This document shows positions 48,138 to 61,235 of a stretch of 64,000 nt of DNA, piece by piece (within the stretch, counting starts at the first letter, position 1; the number at the start of each line of letters is the position of its first letter). The stretch comes from Eledone cirrhosa (lineage: Eukaryota): positions 334,676,001 through 334,740,000 of the forward strand of contig OZ024742.1 in assembly GCA_964016885.1 (NCBI GenBank). The letters run 5' to 3'. The notes under the pieces were generated by a model, which made no database searches, had not been told where the DNA came from, and was given only the letters and a program-made list of their open reading frames with translations. The position numbers were made by a program, and so were the translations under genes.

Positions 48138-49489
48138 CTATCTCTCTCTCTGTAAATTAGCAGTTCAACAAAGTTGGAATTTCCAGACTTGTAAGGGCAA
48201 GGAAGTACGGAGTCAATATAATCGACTAGATCATAATGGTTCCCCAACATGGCCGCTCTCTCAATTGTGTGTTTTTCCTTGAGTCTTGTAACCAGCTCAC
48301 TGTCCTGTGATTAGGGTGTGTGAGGTCTATGTTCTCAGGTGAGCAGAGATCCGGACACTCACTCGACAAACTCTGCCTTTCATTTCGTCAATGTCGATGA
48401 ATAAAGTACCAGTGCAGGCGCGGCGGATTGATGCAATTGTTGAAGATTTTTGGCGGGATGCTTTGCGGTATCTCATCTGATTCTGTTACTTTCCAGTTGA
48501 AATTCCGCCACCTTCCACGGAGCCTTTTGACCGGTTGATAGTATTACCAATGAAAACAGTGATTCTTTGGTACTTTTTATAAATGCTTCTTGTGAAATTA
48601 GGTACAGGAAGTCCTTCACGACAATTTTGGATGAGGATGGCGCCGACGGCGTCCATTGTTATTTAAACAACTCATACCTATCTTCCTGGTTCAAATCCAA
48701 TCTCATTCAATAATAAAACGCCCGATGATGATTGGCGGTGAAACAGAGGTAAATATGTTAACACTCCGAGAAATTAGTATCTTATTTAAAGCACATTTAC
48801 AGAGGCACTTAAAGGTGTCTGTCTTAATACTTAGTGTGTTCGAATCATGAACTTGAGAAAGTGAATTCGATTCCAAATTTCTGTTGTATCCGAGAGCAAG
48901 ACACCTTAGTTTCTGTTGCTCCACTAGACTTAGCAACTGGAAAAAATGAGATTTACATGCAATTCCTACGGCCAGCTTTGCCAAACACTGTCATACGGAA
49001 TCTCTCTGAGACGTTAACGTTACACATGTCGTACACGTTAATTCTTCGAACAGATTTTTCTTATCATTAAACAACTGGAATACACATCGCCGAAACCCAC
49101 GAGGCTCAAATGACATAGGCATTTCTCATTTTTTTGCCATATTTTCCTGCGTTATATATTATTGTATCCTTTTGATTTGTTAATGTGCTAAAGCACTAGA
49201 TATAGTTAAACATTTGATGTTTATCTTACTTTCTATCGTGACTAATTCCTGCCGGTGCCTACTTTGAGTTTCGTCTGCCATTGTCGATATACGGGTACCT
49301 GTCATAACGCACACAATGCCTTGTCGAATCAAACGTCATTTTCTATTCATTCACGAGTCCTTAACTCCTGGTTGAGGTAGGGAGCATACAGTCTATCGTA
49401 GCCATTTAAACATGGTGGAGCACACATCTCACCAAATCTGAACACAGCCTATTTCTTCCAAAGAAACAGAGAAGAATTGACCTCAGTAA

Positions 49490-49625
49490 TGGACTGGCAA
49501 TTTATTTATCGATTTCGAACGCAAATGTAGCAAAACTAACCTCAGCGGGATTTGATCTCAGAGCGAAAATGCTGGAATGAATGCCCCGAAGATATCTATC
49601 CGACGTTCTAAGGATTCTGCCAATT
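49490..49625 (-). mobile_element. Diverged SINE family A fragment
   Basis: TTTATCGA...AACCTCAGCGGGATTTGA.CTCAGA...TCCGACG.TCTA...TTCTGCCAAT resembles other minus-strand copies. Confidence 0.55.
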
Positions 49626-52301
49626 CACAGCCCAATAATCAATATTTTACTGCCCCTAAATCCTTTGACCTGGCACCAAGTCAGTTTAAAAACAATATTC
49701 CTATTTTTTTATTTCAGAATTTCTTCATATTTCAGCTAATGTAATCTCAACCAAGATTTTCATTTCTCGTAGTGACCGTTCATCTGTCATCTGAAAGTAT
49801 CTTGTCAGTAATTTTGTATATTGTTTGGTTTGATATGCCTTTAAGGATGTCAGCATGCGAGGTTTTATTGATAACCAGTACTGATTCTATGTTATATATG
49901 TAATGCGTGCTTTCACATAAACGACATTTATTATTACATCGGATTCGCCTAGAGACATCTCTTGCGCTTTTGTTAATACGTTTTCTGATCTCTTTACCAA
50001 CTATCTCATAGTTGGAGGCGATGTGATGTTCCGAGTGTGGTGCATGATTACTGTCATTCAATGAGGACAAACATAGTAGCCACATGTTTCTCTTTTACAA
50101 CTTAGATCATTCAATTGCTGAAGGAATTAACTCCTATTCCTCTGTTTACTAACTTTCTGTTCATTTAATCTGATTATTAACATTAGTGACATCTAATATC
50201 TTAGACACGAAAAAGTAGTAATGTAAGTTTTCTTTCTAGATATTTTCCAAATGCTAGAGATGTCAAGCCTATACACATTTCTACTGACCAGTATAGAACT
50301 TTGGACAAATGTTTTAAGGATCGGTCTTCCTGTATCAGTATACTTTTGTATCGAAAACCAATGCTCTTAACTATCAAACGACCCAAATTTGGTGAATGTG
50401 AACCTATATAGAACATTTATTTATAATAAGCATACATTATGTGTCCCTGTGAATATCTAAAACTTGGGTACACTGATTCTATTTCTAATTTTGTCACTAC
50501 TAACTCATCAGCGTAAGTTGGGCTAGTATTTGAACTGTCGTTACATTCGTCAGAGCTCGCTTAATTACGTAACCGTATTGCTTATATGTCAATATAAGCC
50601 TTTATTCTAAATTATGCTGTGTTTGTGATATCACTAATTAAAAATAGCGTGTCAGAATAGTGTTATGTGTAAATAAGTATTCACCACGAATCGTTTATTT
50701 ATCTAATCCTATGAGAAAATATTGTTTTCCGTACTTCAGCATCTGGGCTTAAATAAGCGACTGCTAATAATCTGCAAGGACATTAAAGGGAATCCGCTGC
50801 TCATATCCTAGTGATGATTTAGACGTGACACAGTCGCCACTTAAATATTCAACAACGGGACTAAAGGTTTGTTTATTATACTTGAACATATTATATACAG
50901 GCTTATACACACCTTTATTTGGAATGTTGCTTTGTTAGAACTATCATCATTTGTAAATACAAACCAGTAATTAGCAAAAGGACCGTGTGTTTCATGGGTG
51001 TTTTGGTAACTTGCATTTTTTTTCTGAATACAAGTTGCCTCTGTATATCTAAAAACCAGTGAGTAGCTGTTGTACTTATTTTCAGACTACTGCCCAATTA
51101 CAGCAATCCTTCCAGTCAGGATCAATATTTGGGCTAGGCAAGGTCAACGCTACCAACAGGCCAACTAGTCAGCCGCCTATGTTTCAAACCTTAGAAAGGC
51201 ACATTTCTGAACCTTAAAGGATCACAGTTTTATAGAAATATGTATGAGGAGTAAATTATATGTTTAACAATTTCAATAAATACATCACTAAAGCTCATTC
51301 CTGCGTAGCAGAATGGTGGAAAAGTTCGAGTATTGTTATGATCTATCACATGATTTATCATTGGTGAGTGGGGACTATGTAGTGGAAAATAAAGATTTAC
51401 CAATTTTCTTATTGTAGTCAGAGAAGGAAGTGTCAAAAACAAGGTTTCCCACTTTACCAAGCTATAAGTAGTAGGGAACATACATTGCAGAATAAGCAAA
51501 GAGTTCTAGATGCCCAGGTCTCAGTCCTGGACCTAGAATCATATTGTAGTAAGGTTCTGCTTCCAAAGATCAGTTTCTAACGGTTGATATCAACAAGCAT
51601 CATATCAAACTAATCAATATCACATGATATCACTTCAGCCTCATCTGCTGTGTCAGATTACATGTCTTTCATGTTTAAACTTTACTTCCTTCTAACTGGA
51701 TATATATATATTTATCCGGATTACGAACACTGTTCGAGACCATCTGTTACTACCATAACTTCCATCAACAATCTAACCACGACATAATCGGTCAATCTGT
51801 TAGAATTTTGCAGCTAAATCTCTTTTCAACCAGTCTCTACACCAGCAGTTCTTATCATGGGACTAGGTGACGTCTGGGTGTCAGAAAAATTAATACTGGT
51901 TGTTCGGGAGTTCAGCCTTTCAATTATTTTGTCAAAAACATGACATACATGTACTAACGGGTCTCTATCTTTCTCTAAGTACAAATATTTCCCTGCTTCG
52001 ATTGTTTTTCTTACCGTACAACAATCTAAGAGAGATAATTCGTTCAAATGACTGCTCTACAGTTATGTAAAAATGAAATAATACATTGGATAATGTTATC
52101 CTAGACGAAATTTTCTTAAAAGATGGCATGGTCATTGGTTAGAATGTCTTTAATAATAGGTCTGTCTAATGGAAGAGAACATGTGGTTATTAAAAGAAAT
52201 TCTGCACCCAGTGTGTTACCTGCTTGATACGTACATTATTTGTTGACAAAACCGACCCTGGCGACATTTTGGTACAAAATGTAAGAATATACCGCAAGGA
52301 A

Positions 52302-52420
52302 GGCGCGTGGCTAAGTGGTTAAAAAATTTGGATTCGCAATCGTGGGGTTGTGAGTTCGATTCCTGGACCAGGCGATTCGTTATGTCTTTGAGCAAGACAC
52401 TTTCACGTTGCTCCTTTTAC
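52302..52420 (+). mobile_element. SINE family B 5' fragment
   Basis: GGCGCGTGGCTAAGTGGTT A box, GAGTTCGATTCC B box, TTGAGCAAGACACTTT. Confidence 0.7.
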
Positions 52421-52572
52421 CTTGAGTTGTGACCGATAGATAGTATTGCAATTGGAAAGACTTACGGAAATATTGTTTCCTCGGTCCGATTTGACGAAAG
52501 TCGATCGATACCGCTAGGAATTTAGCTGAAAGCACAAATAGCTTGTTAAAAGTACAACACTTTATTAATATG

Positions 52573-52789
52573 TTGGTTCCTGATTTAGACACAAGTTTAA
52601 CAATTTGGGGTGAGGGGAAAGTTGAGTAAATCGACTGCAGTGCTAAAGTGGTACTTTATTTTATCGACTTCGTAAGGATGAAAGACAAAGCTAACCTCGG
52701 CAGGATTTAAACTCAGACCGTGAATGGGCTTAAACCTATGCCATAACGTATGTTGTCCGACGCTCTACCGATTCTGCCAATCAGCTGCC
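52573..52789 (-). mobile_element. SINE family A
   Basis: GTACTTTATTTTATCGAC..GTAAGGATGAAAG...CTCTACCGATTCTGCCAATC is the reverse complement of family A. Confidence 0.75.
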
Positions 52790-53389
52790 CTATAAGATGG
52801 CAATACTATTGAAATACATATCTGACGTTAGTTAATACTGTATTTCAATATATTTATATTATTTCTGTACACTAACAACATGTAAAGATATTTTCCTGTA
52901 TGTATTGTCAACTAGCTTATAGTCAAATATGCGTTAGCATATGTTTTTCAGTAATTGTATTAAACATTTACAACATTTCTCTACACTATCAACAAGTAAA
53001 GTTAACTTCCTTTCTGTATTGTCAAATCTATTTCGATGAAGGCCTCATTTCAAGATTTCTTGTAACTGTAAGAGAATTTGCTGGAAGGTACTATATAAAA
53101 GTTTCACTCTTCAGTTTTTGTAATCCATGCAACAGTTTAAATATTTACTATATCACATATCGTATGGAATTGGGAAGAACTATCAGGATACAAAACACTA
53201 TACACCCGCCTCTCTTTCTCATTCTTTCTCTCTCTTACGACTTCCGTCTCTTTATGTATGGGTGTGTATACGTGCGCGCGAGTGTACGTATAGATATACA
53301 TACATATGAATTAATACATATACAGAGTGAGACAGAATGAGACATACACAAACATATACAGACACACATATATATAAATACATTCATAC

Positions 53390-53587
53390 ATACATATATG
53401 CATACATACAAACATACATACATACATACATACATACATACATACATACATACATACATACATACATACATACACACATACATACATACATACATACATA
53501 CATACATACATACATACATACATACATACATACATACATACATACATACATGGCTGCTCCCTCGTTATCGAGTATGGCCATCGCACG
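53390..53587 (-). repeat. (CATA)n array attached to a 37-bp 3' end related to the RTE-derived element
   Basis: On -: GGCCATACTCGATAACGAGGGAGCAGCCA(TGTA)n, compared with GGCCGTACTCGAAAACGAGTTGGCAGCCACCA(TGTA)n. Confidence 0.7.
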
Positions 53588-53643
53588 AAAAAAAAATAAT
53601 AATAACAATAATAATGATAATAATAACAATAACAAGAATAATA

Positions 53644-53700
<57 letters not shown>

Positions 53701-53743
53701 TATTGAAGTTTGCTTGAAGCATTGTGGAATAATAAATAAATAT

Positions 53744-53971
53744 AAGAGAGAGTTACCTTGGGAGAGATTTAATAGTCCCTATATATTTCGGATTCACATC
53801 CATCAACGGGGTTTGTTTTTTTTTTCAGATATTCAAAACAACAAACAGCGGAGGACGCGTTTCGCACCTGTCCGATAGACAGCCTTTACGCCGGAAAAAA
53901 AAAACCCGTTGATGGATGTGAATCCGAAATATATAGGGACTATTAAATCTCTCCCAAGGTAACTCTCTCTT
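53744..53971. repeat. Inverted repeat with 67-bp arms and a ~94-bp spacer
   Basis: 53744-53810 is the reverse complement of 53905-53971. Confidence 0.88.
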
Positions 53972-54268
53972 GTGTTGTTATTTTTATTTTATCCTTTATA
54001 CTCTTCCCTTCTTTCTTCTACACATTTACACATCTTTACACACCACGCACCTCAACGTACACCCACTTACATCTCTCTCTCCACCACTGGATCTTGTTAC
54101 CCGGAGATTTACACATTTGCATTGTCGAGGCTTCCAAACGACTTAAAGATATTTATATATATATATATATATATTACGTTAACTATTTTTCCCATTTTGA
54201 CGCTATAGTCACTTATATATTATGGAATACTGTTGGCGTTTTGCTACAATGTTTTCTATACCTTTTTA

Positions 54269-54300
<32 letters not shown>

Positions 54301-54470
54301 CACGCGCGCACACATATATACATATCTATATACACATATACACATACATATACATACATACATGCATACATACATACCTACATACCTGCATACATACATA
54401 CATACATACATACATACATACATACATACATACATACATACATACATACATACATACATACATACATACA

Positions 54471-54740
54471 TGGTGGCTGCCAACTCGTTTTCGAGTACGG
54501 CCACTACTTTATATCCATGTAGGAGAACCCTTACCGATGCGACTTGAAAAACTCTGGTACAAACACTACACTTGTGACAATTATTGACACATAGTGCTGG
54601 GCCCATGGTACCATGTGACGACAAGTGCAGAGAGATCTCCAGATATAAAGCAATGCCTGTGCCGGCCGTGAAGCTTTTATAGTGAACAAAGGCACTGCAC
54701 AAAGCCAGTCCCACTCTCTTAACCAAGATGATATTTACCA
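54471..54740 (-). mobile_element. RTE-derived non-autonomous element, 5'-truncated copy with a small internal deletion
   Basis: Matches 54769-55066; flanked by (CATA)n. Confidence 0.8.
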
Positions 54741-54768
54741 TACATACATAGATACATAGATACATACA

Positions 54769-55376
54769 TGGTGGCTGCCAACTCGTTTTCGAGTACGGCC
54801 ACTACTTTATATCCATGTAGGAGAACCCCTACCGATGCGCTGAACGAGTGTGACTTTTTAGTCCAGCCAGCGACTTGAAAACTCTGGTACAAACACTACA
54901 CTTGTGACAATTATTGACACATAGTGCTTTACCTTTGGTACCATGTGACGACAAGTGCAGAGAGATCTCCAGATACAAAGCAATGCCTGTGCCATGAAGC
55001 TTTTATAGTGAGCAAAGGCACTGCACAAAGCCAGTCCCACTCTCTTAACCAAGATGATATTTACCAAAAAGAAGAACAAGTCAACATCATTGGATACCAT
55101 CAGGGTTGCAGGTGTTATATCAGAGTTTTCCTTCTCCTAGAATTCTGCCTTGACAAAGGCTAAGGGGTCATCTCTCCCGGTGATTTTGGATGGCCATTGA
55201 CTCTTAAGAGCTCCTTTGCCCTTTGACAGGTTTTGTTTTTAGTCCTGCAGGATGTCCAAAGTCACCCTCCTCACCAAGAAACCTTGGTGGGGTTGCCAGT
55301 TTAGTCGCCAACGACCCGACCATGAGACAGGTTGTACTGGGATACATGTTACCAATAGCACCAAGTGGTGACCTGA
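54769..55376 (-). mobile_element. RTE-derived non-autonomous element, full-length (~608 bp)
   Basis: On -: 5' part contains AGGCAGAATTCTAGGAGAAGGAAAACTCTGA (RTE 5'UTR-like, from recall). 3' part encodes CSVCTRVFKSLAGLKSH (RTE C-terminal C2H2-like). CTCG-AAAA-CGAG stem-loop and (TGTA)n tail. Confidence 0.8.
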
Positions 55377-55520
55377 CATAAAGATACATACATACATACA
55401 TACATACATACATACATACATACATACATGCATACATACATACATACATACATACATACATACATACATACATACATACATACATACATACATACATACA
55501 TACATACATACATACATACA

Positions 55521-58245
55521 CGACATACACGACACCAGGAAGACCTAAAGAAAAAGTTAGAGAGACGATTTGGAGATACAAAATTTAAAACTTTGAACTC
55601 CAAATTACACCAGTTGAAACAACAACTCACAGCTACAACAGAAAGACTAAAATATAAGTCAACAGCACATAAACGACAAGTGCTAAATAGATTGTTTGCC
55701 AGAGATCCTAAATCAGTTTATCGCAGCTTCGGTGGCAAAAGCTCAATCCCTGTAAACGACATCCCTTCAAAAGAACAGGTTGAGAGCTACTGGAGATCTG
55801 TATGGGAAACGGATGACGGATTCAACAGACAAGCTAATTGGCTAAAAGAACTGGAACAGGACTACTGCCAACATGTCCAGATAAAACAATATGACATAGA
55901 TGGGTCAATACTGGAAACAGCTCTACAGAAAATGACGAATAGGAAATCGCCAGGCCCAGACCTCATTACAGGATACTGGTTGAAGAATTTCACTTTCTAT
56001 CGGCAAGATCTCATACGGCTGTTTACAGAAACCATTAAAGGCACACAAGAACTGTCCAGATGGTTATCAACTGCCACTACTCTCCTCATTCCCCAAAAAT
56101 AGCCAAACCACCCTTGCTAAAAATTACCGCCCAATAGCCTGCCAAAACATCATGTATAAATTATATACTGGGTGCCTTAACCTGTTCTTACAGGATCACT
56201 ATGCTACCAACAATATCATAACACCAAGCTGGTGGAAAGAGGGATGTGTGGGGTTGCATAGATCACCTACTAACTAACAAAATGATTCAGGAAAAAACAA
56301 CAAAGAATCGCAGAAACATGACTGTGGTGTGGCTGGACTATCAAAAAGCATTTGATAGTGTACCTCATGGGTGGATTATTAAGGCTTTACAGTTAGCTAA
56401 AGTCCCACAACTTATGGTAGCTGCTGTTGAACGCCTGACCAAGAACTGGTACACCAATTTGATCCTTAGAGGTGACAAGGAGCAAGTTAAGACTGATAAG
56501 ATACATTACCAGAAGGGCATCTTTCAGGGTGATAGCTTGTCAGTGCTACTCTTCGTTCTCTCACTGAATCCACTATCTTACCTACTCAGGAAACAGGGTG
56601 GACAAAGAAGTGGGCCCAGAAGTATCTCCCATCTTTTCTTTGTTGATGACCTGAAGTTGTATGGGCCAAATATCAATGACATCAAGAAACAATTGGACCT
56701 CATTACACAATTTTCAACCGACATCAACATGAAATTTGGTGAGTCCAAGTGTGCATATTTGGCAATAAAACGTGGAAGAGCTCTACCCTACTCTAGAAAT
56801 CTAGAGATGAACGGCCTGACAATGCAACCTCTGCAGTCAGGTGACAACTACAGATATCTTGGACAGGATTAGAATGTCAGATATGATGGACCCATAAATA
56901 AGGAGAGAACCAGAACTGAATACCTCAGAAGAGTAAAGAAAATATGGGCATCAGAACTGTCAGCATACAACAAATACATTGCCCACAATACTTATGCTGT
57001 GCCAATTCTAACGCCAACATTTGGCCTGTTGAACTGATCATTGCAAGAACTAAGGGAGATGGATGTTATAGAGATGGATGTTAAAACTCGAAAACTTCTC
57101 AGTGTTACTGGGAACTTTAACATCAATGGTGATGTGGATAGGTTATACTTCTCACGCAAGGAAGGTGGCCGGGGTCGAAAATCAATATTAACAACATATG
57201 AGACCCGGATAATAACACTGAAGCAACACCTTCAACAGAGGAAAAAGGTTGGCAACCATCTTGACCAGGTTTATGAGCATGCGACTGATCTGGAGGAGAG
57301 ATATGGAATAAAGCCTGATATAAATCTCTCACCCAGAGAAATCGGAAGATCCTATTCAATGTTCAAACAAAGTTAAAAAAATTGACCAATTTAAAGAAAA
57401 AGTTGTGCATGGATACTTGAGGCATAAAACACAGACCATAGAGGGGATAAACCACTCAAAAAGCCTGACATGGAGTTCCGACAAGTTTATGACATCACAC
57501 CTTGAGGGATATCTCTATGCAATACAGGAAAAAGAACTCCCTACCAAATATCTGCTGCACAAAAGAGGAGGGCCAGCAGCTGACAATAAATGTAGACTAT
57601 GTAAAACAAAGATCGAGGATGTAAGCCACATTGTTGCCAGCTGCGAAAGAATGTCATCTCCCTACTACCTCCCCATGAGACACGATGGGATAGCTAGAAC
57701 CATCTGGAACGCACTTCGGAAAACAAAATTAACAACAAACGAGGAAGAATATATTGAGACAGATGGCACTAAGGAATACTGGTGGAACCTGAAAATAAAA
57801 ACTGCCACCAAATTAAAGCACAACCAGCCTGATATTGTTGTTTGGGACCACACATTGAAAACGTGTTCTGTTGTGGAGATCAGCTGCCCACTTGATGTAA
57901 ACGTTGTCAGAAAAATACAGGAGAAGGAGGACATCTACGGACCATTGATGAGGAGTTTACAAATCCAGTATCCAAGATACACCTTTAGCTTCATACCCAT
58001 CATTATTTGAGCTACGGGTTATATACCAACCCGCTTGGACCAAAGTATGACTGAACTTGGATTTGCGGACAAAAAGCGCAGCTCCCTAATTCATACTCTA
58101 CAAATGGCTGCGATAGCTGGCACCTTCAAAACTTGCAAAACATTCTTGCGATTCAAGGGATGACAATTTCTTTTCTTTTACAACCTTGCCACCAGGAAGG
58201 TGGCCAGTCAAAAAAAATATACTCGAAATTAAGAGAAAGAGATAA
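55521..58245 (+). mobile_element. Second R4-clade RLE non-LTR retrotransposon, 5'-truncated, inactivated, bounded by (CATA)n
   Basis: KSPGPDLITGYWLK, WLDYQKAFDSVPH, GIFQGDSLS, LFFVDDLKLY, DVDRLY.SRKEGGRG. Knuckle CRLCKTKIEDVSHIVASC plus RHD. RLE motif HNQPDIVV...EISCP. Several stops and frameshifts. The 3' UTR runs directly into (CATA)n. Confidence 0.88.
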
Positions 58246-58323
58246 CATACATACATACATGCATACATACATACATACATACATACATACATACATACAT
58301 ACATACATACATACATACATACA

Positions 58324-58929
58324 TGGTGGCTGCCAACTCGTTTTCGAGTACGGCCACTACTTTATATCCATGTAGGAGAACCCCTACCGATGCGCTGAAC
58401 GAGTGACTTTTTAGTCCAGCCAGCGACTTGAAAACTCTGGTACAAACACTACACTTGTGACAATTATTGACACATAGTGCTTTGCCTTTGGTACCATGTG
58501 ACGACAAGTGCAGAGAGATCTCCAGATACAAAGCAATGCCTGTGCCGTGAAGGTTTTATAGTGAGCAAAGGCACTGCACAAAGCCAGTCCCACTCTCTTA
58601 ACCAAGATGATATTTACCAAAAAGAAGAACAAGTCAACATCATTGGATACCATCAAGGTTGCAGGTGTTATATCAGAGTTTTCCTTCTCCTAGAATTCTG
58701 CCTTGCCAAAGGCTAAGGGGTCATCTCTCCCACTGATTTTGGATGGCCATTGACTCTTAAGAGCTCATATGCCCTTTGACAGGTTTTGTTTTTAGTCCTG
58801 CAGGATGTCCAAAGTCACCCTCCTCACCAAGAAACCTTGGTGGGGTTGCCAGTTTAGTCGCCAACGACCCGACCATGAGACAGGTTGTACTGGGATACAT
58901 GTTACCAGTAGCACCAAGTGGTGACCTGA
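58324..58929 (-). mobile_element. RTE-derived non-autonomous element, full-length (~606 bp)
   Basis: Near-identical to 54769-55376; (CATA)n on both sides. Confidence 0.82.
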
Positions 58930-59007
58930 CATACATACATACATACATACATACATACATACATGCATACATACATACATACATACATACATACATACAT
59001 ACATACA

Positions 59008-59038
<31 letters not shown>

Positions 59039-59471
59039 TACAAGATGTGCATTTTTCTTTTCTTTGTTTTTCTTTCAAACCAGAAAGAAAAATGAAAAGA
59101 ATCACACTGTTGTCTGCTTATAGAGATTGGAAGAATCATTTCTGAAATTGTGAAAGACTGGTGTCCTGCCATCAAAATATTATTGGATCAGATTGTTTTG
59201 ATTCTGAAAGTCTTGCACTGACTGCACTACAAAGTCAAACATCTGTCCAATATGAGTAGCCAGTCTAGATTCATTAATATCTTTCATAGTTATCATCCTA
59301 ACCACCTTAAGATACTTATATATGTCAATGTTTCAGATTACCGGACAAAAGTTTCTTCCACAATCTTAATAATGTTGCATTTTCATTTTGTACGTGGAAA
59401 CACATTGACACACACACATACACTCACACTAACACACACACATTAACAAACAAACAAATACACACATAAAA

Positions 59472-59512
<41 letters not shown>

Positions 59513-61159
59513 ATACACACACACACACAAATAATACACACACTCAAATACACACACACTCAAATACACACATACATACACACATATACACGCTCATATA
59601 TAAATATATATATAGAGAGAGAGAGAAAAATCAGAAAAGAACCTAAATGAAGAAATCTTCAAACAACCAATAGAAATTAACACAAAACTATCCACCCTAA
59701 CGAAAAAATTGGATAAATTTCATGAACTCACAAAAAAAAAACGACGAAGAAAGCCAAATCAACAATAACATAGAGAAACTATGTAAAAACACAGAAACGA
59801 TCGTTCAAATAAGACAACTGGAAGATAACCCATCACTTAGAGAATCAAGAAAATGTCTCCAGAGATATTTCCCTTATGAAAAACCAAATAGGCGACTTAT
59901 GGAATAAAACACTCAACCTCAGAAAATCCACATTTTTCGTACATGCTAAGAAATAACAACAAAGCAAATATCTAAGATCTATGGACAACCTCAACCCCAC
60001 TGATATCACCGAGGAATGTACTGCTAAAACTAGAACCACAAAAACAACAACGACAAAAGCTATCTCTCGAAACAGTACGATACCAACTCGAATTAATAAA
60101 ATTGAGAGCAAACTCAAATGAACGAAAATACAAGGACATTGAAAAAACAAATGGAAATAGAAATCTCCCAAAAATACGATGGTCAACAGTTGGGCCACAT
60201 TCATAAACAAGGGAAACAAGAATGTGAGAACGAGGAACTAATCTCAATACAAAGACGAGAGAAGAACAAAACTGGTTCTCACACTATAAAGGAATTATAG
60301 AAATAATTTCAGACTGAACCAAACTCAACACATAAGAAACAGGTACAGGGAACAGAATAATATGTACAATATGAAGATACGCAATAATTACAATACCAAC
60401 AAAACATTACTGACAGTAGGAATAATATGGAGAAAAATCTATCCTAACAACTATTTTTTTAGAGAGAAATCAGAAATAGCAGGATACGGGATAGACCTCA
60501 GTCATGAGAAACCGAAAATAATGAAGCCCTCACAAAGATCGCTAACACCCGGAGAAATTTGATTGCTATTACTAGCACGTACAGTGAACAATTAGAGACC
60601 TCTCATGAGGAAAACAAATTGAAATTTGCAGTTCACGTTTGAGGAGGTTTGTCTGGCTTGAGGAGGTTTATCTAGGATGTTTCTTGTATTTTGATGTTAG
60701 CGGTCCCATCCAGGAATCAAACCCATAACTTTGTGATCGAGACTCCAACACCGTATATATCTATATAGAGATCTTAAAGTACCCATGCAGTCGGGAGTAG
60801 ACAGAAATACACGTGTGTACATATATGTATAGAATAAAGTTGATTATCACAAATTATGTGATTTGAAAGTTACGTTCTTTTAAATAAATACTGAAAACCT
60901 ATTTTATAAATACTCACTGCCTATTCTATTTACAAAACAATGAAATTCTACCATCCATTGTAATTCAACTCCAATTATTTTAATGAGCGACGAGGTCACT
61001 AGAGACAAATTACTCATAAACACATATGGATCACTGCTCAGCTTTAGATGTACATACAAGATGGGGGTTTTAGAGTGGGAATTATAAACCGTATACGACC
61101 TGGATAAAACATATACTTGCACAGACTCACACACACACACATATATACACACACACACC

Positions 61160-61235
<76 letters not shown>

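Noticed and set aside
54769-58929. 0.6-kb direct repeats flanking an RT, read as an LTR or composite element
   Set aside because: The repeats are separated from the RT element by (CATA)n, lie in the opposite orientation, and occur independently elsewhere (41502, 54471); the RT is R4-type.
59630-60560. A-rich broken ORFs, possibly a decayed LINE ORF1
   Set aside because: Many stops and no recognisable motif; cannot be assigned.
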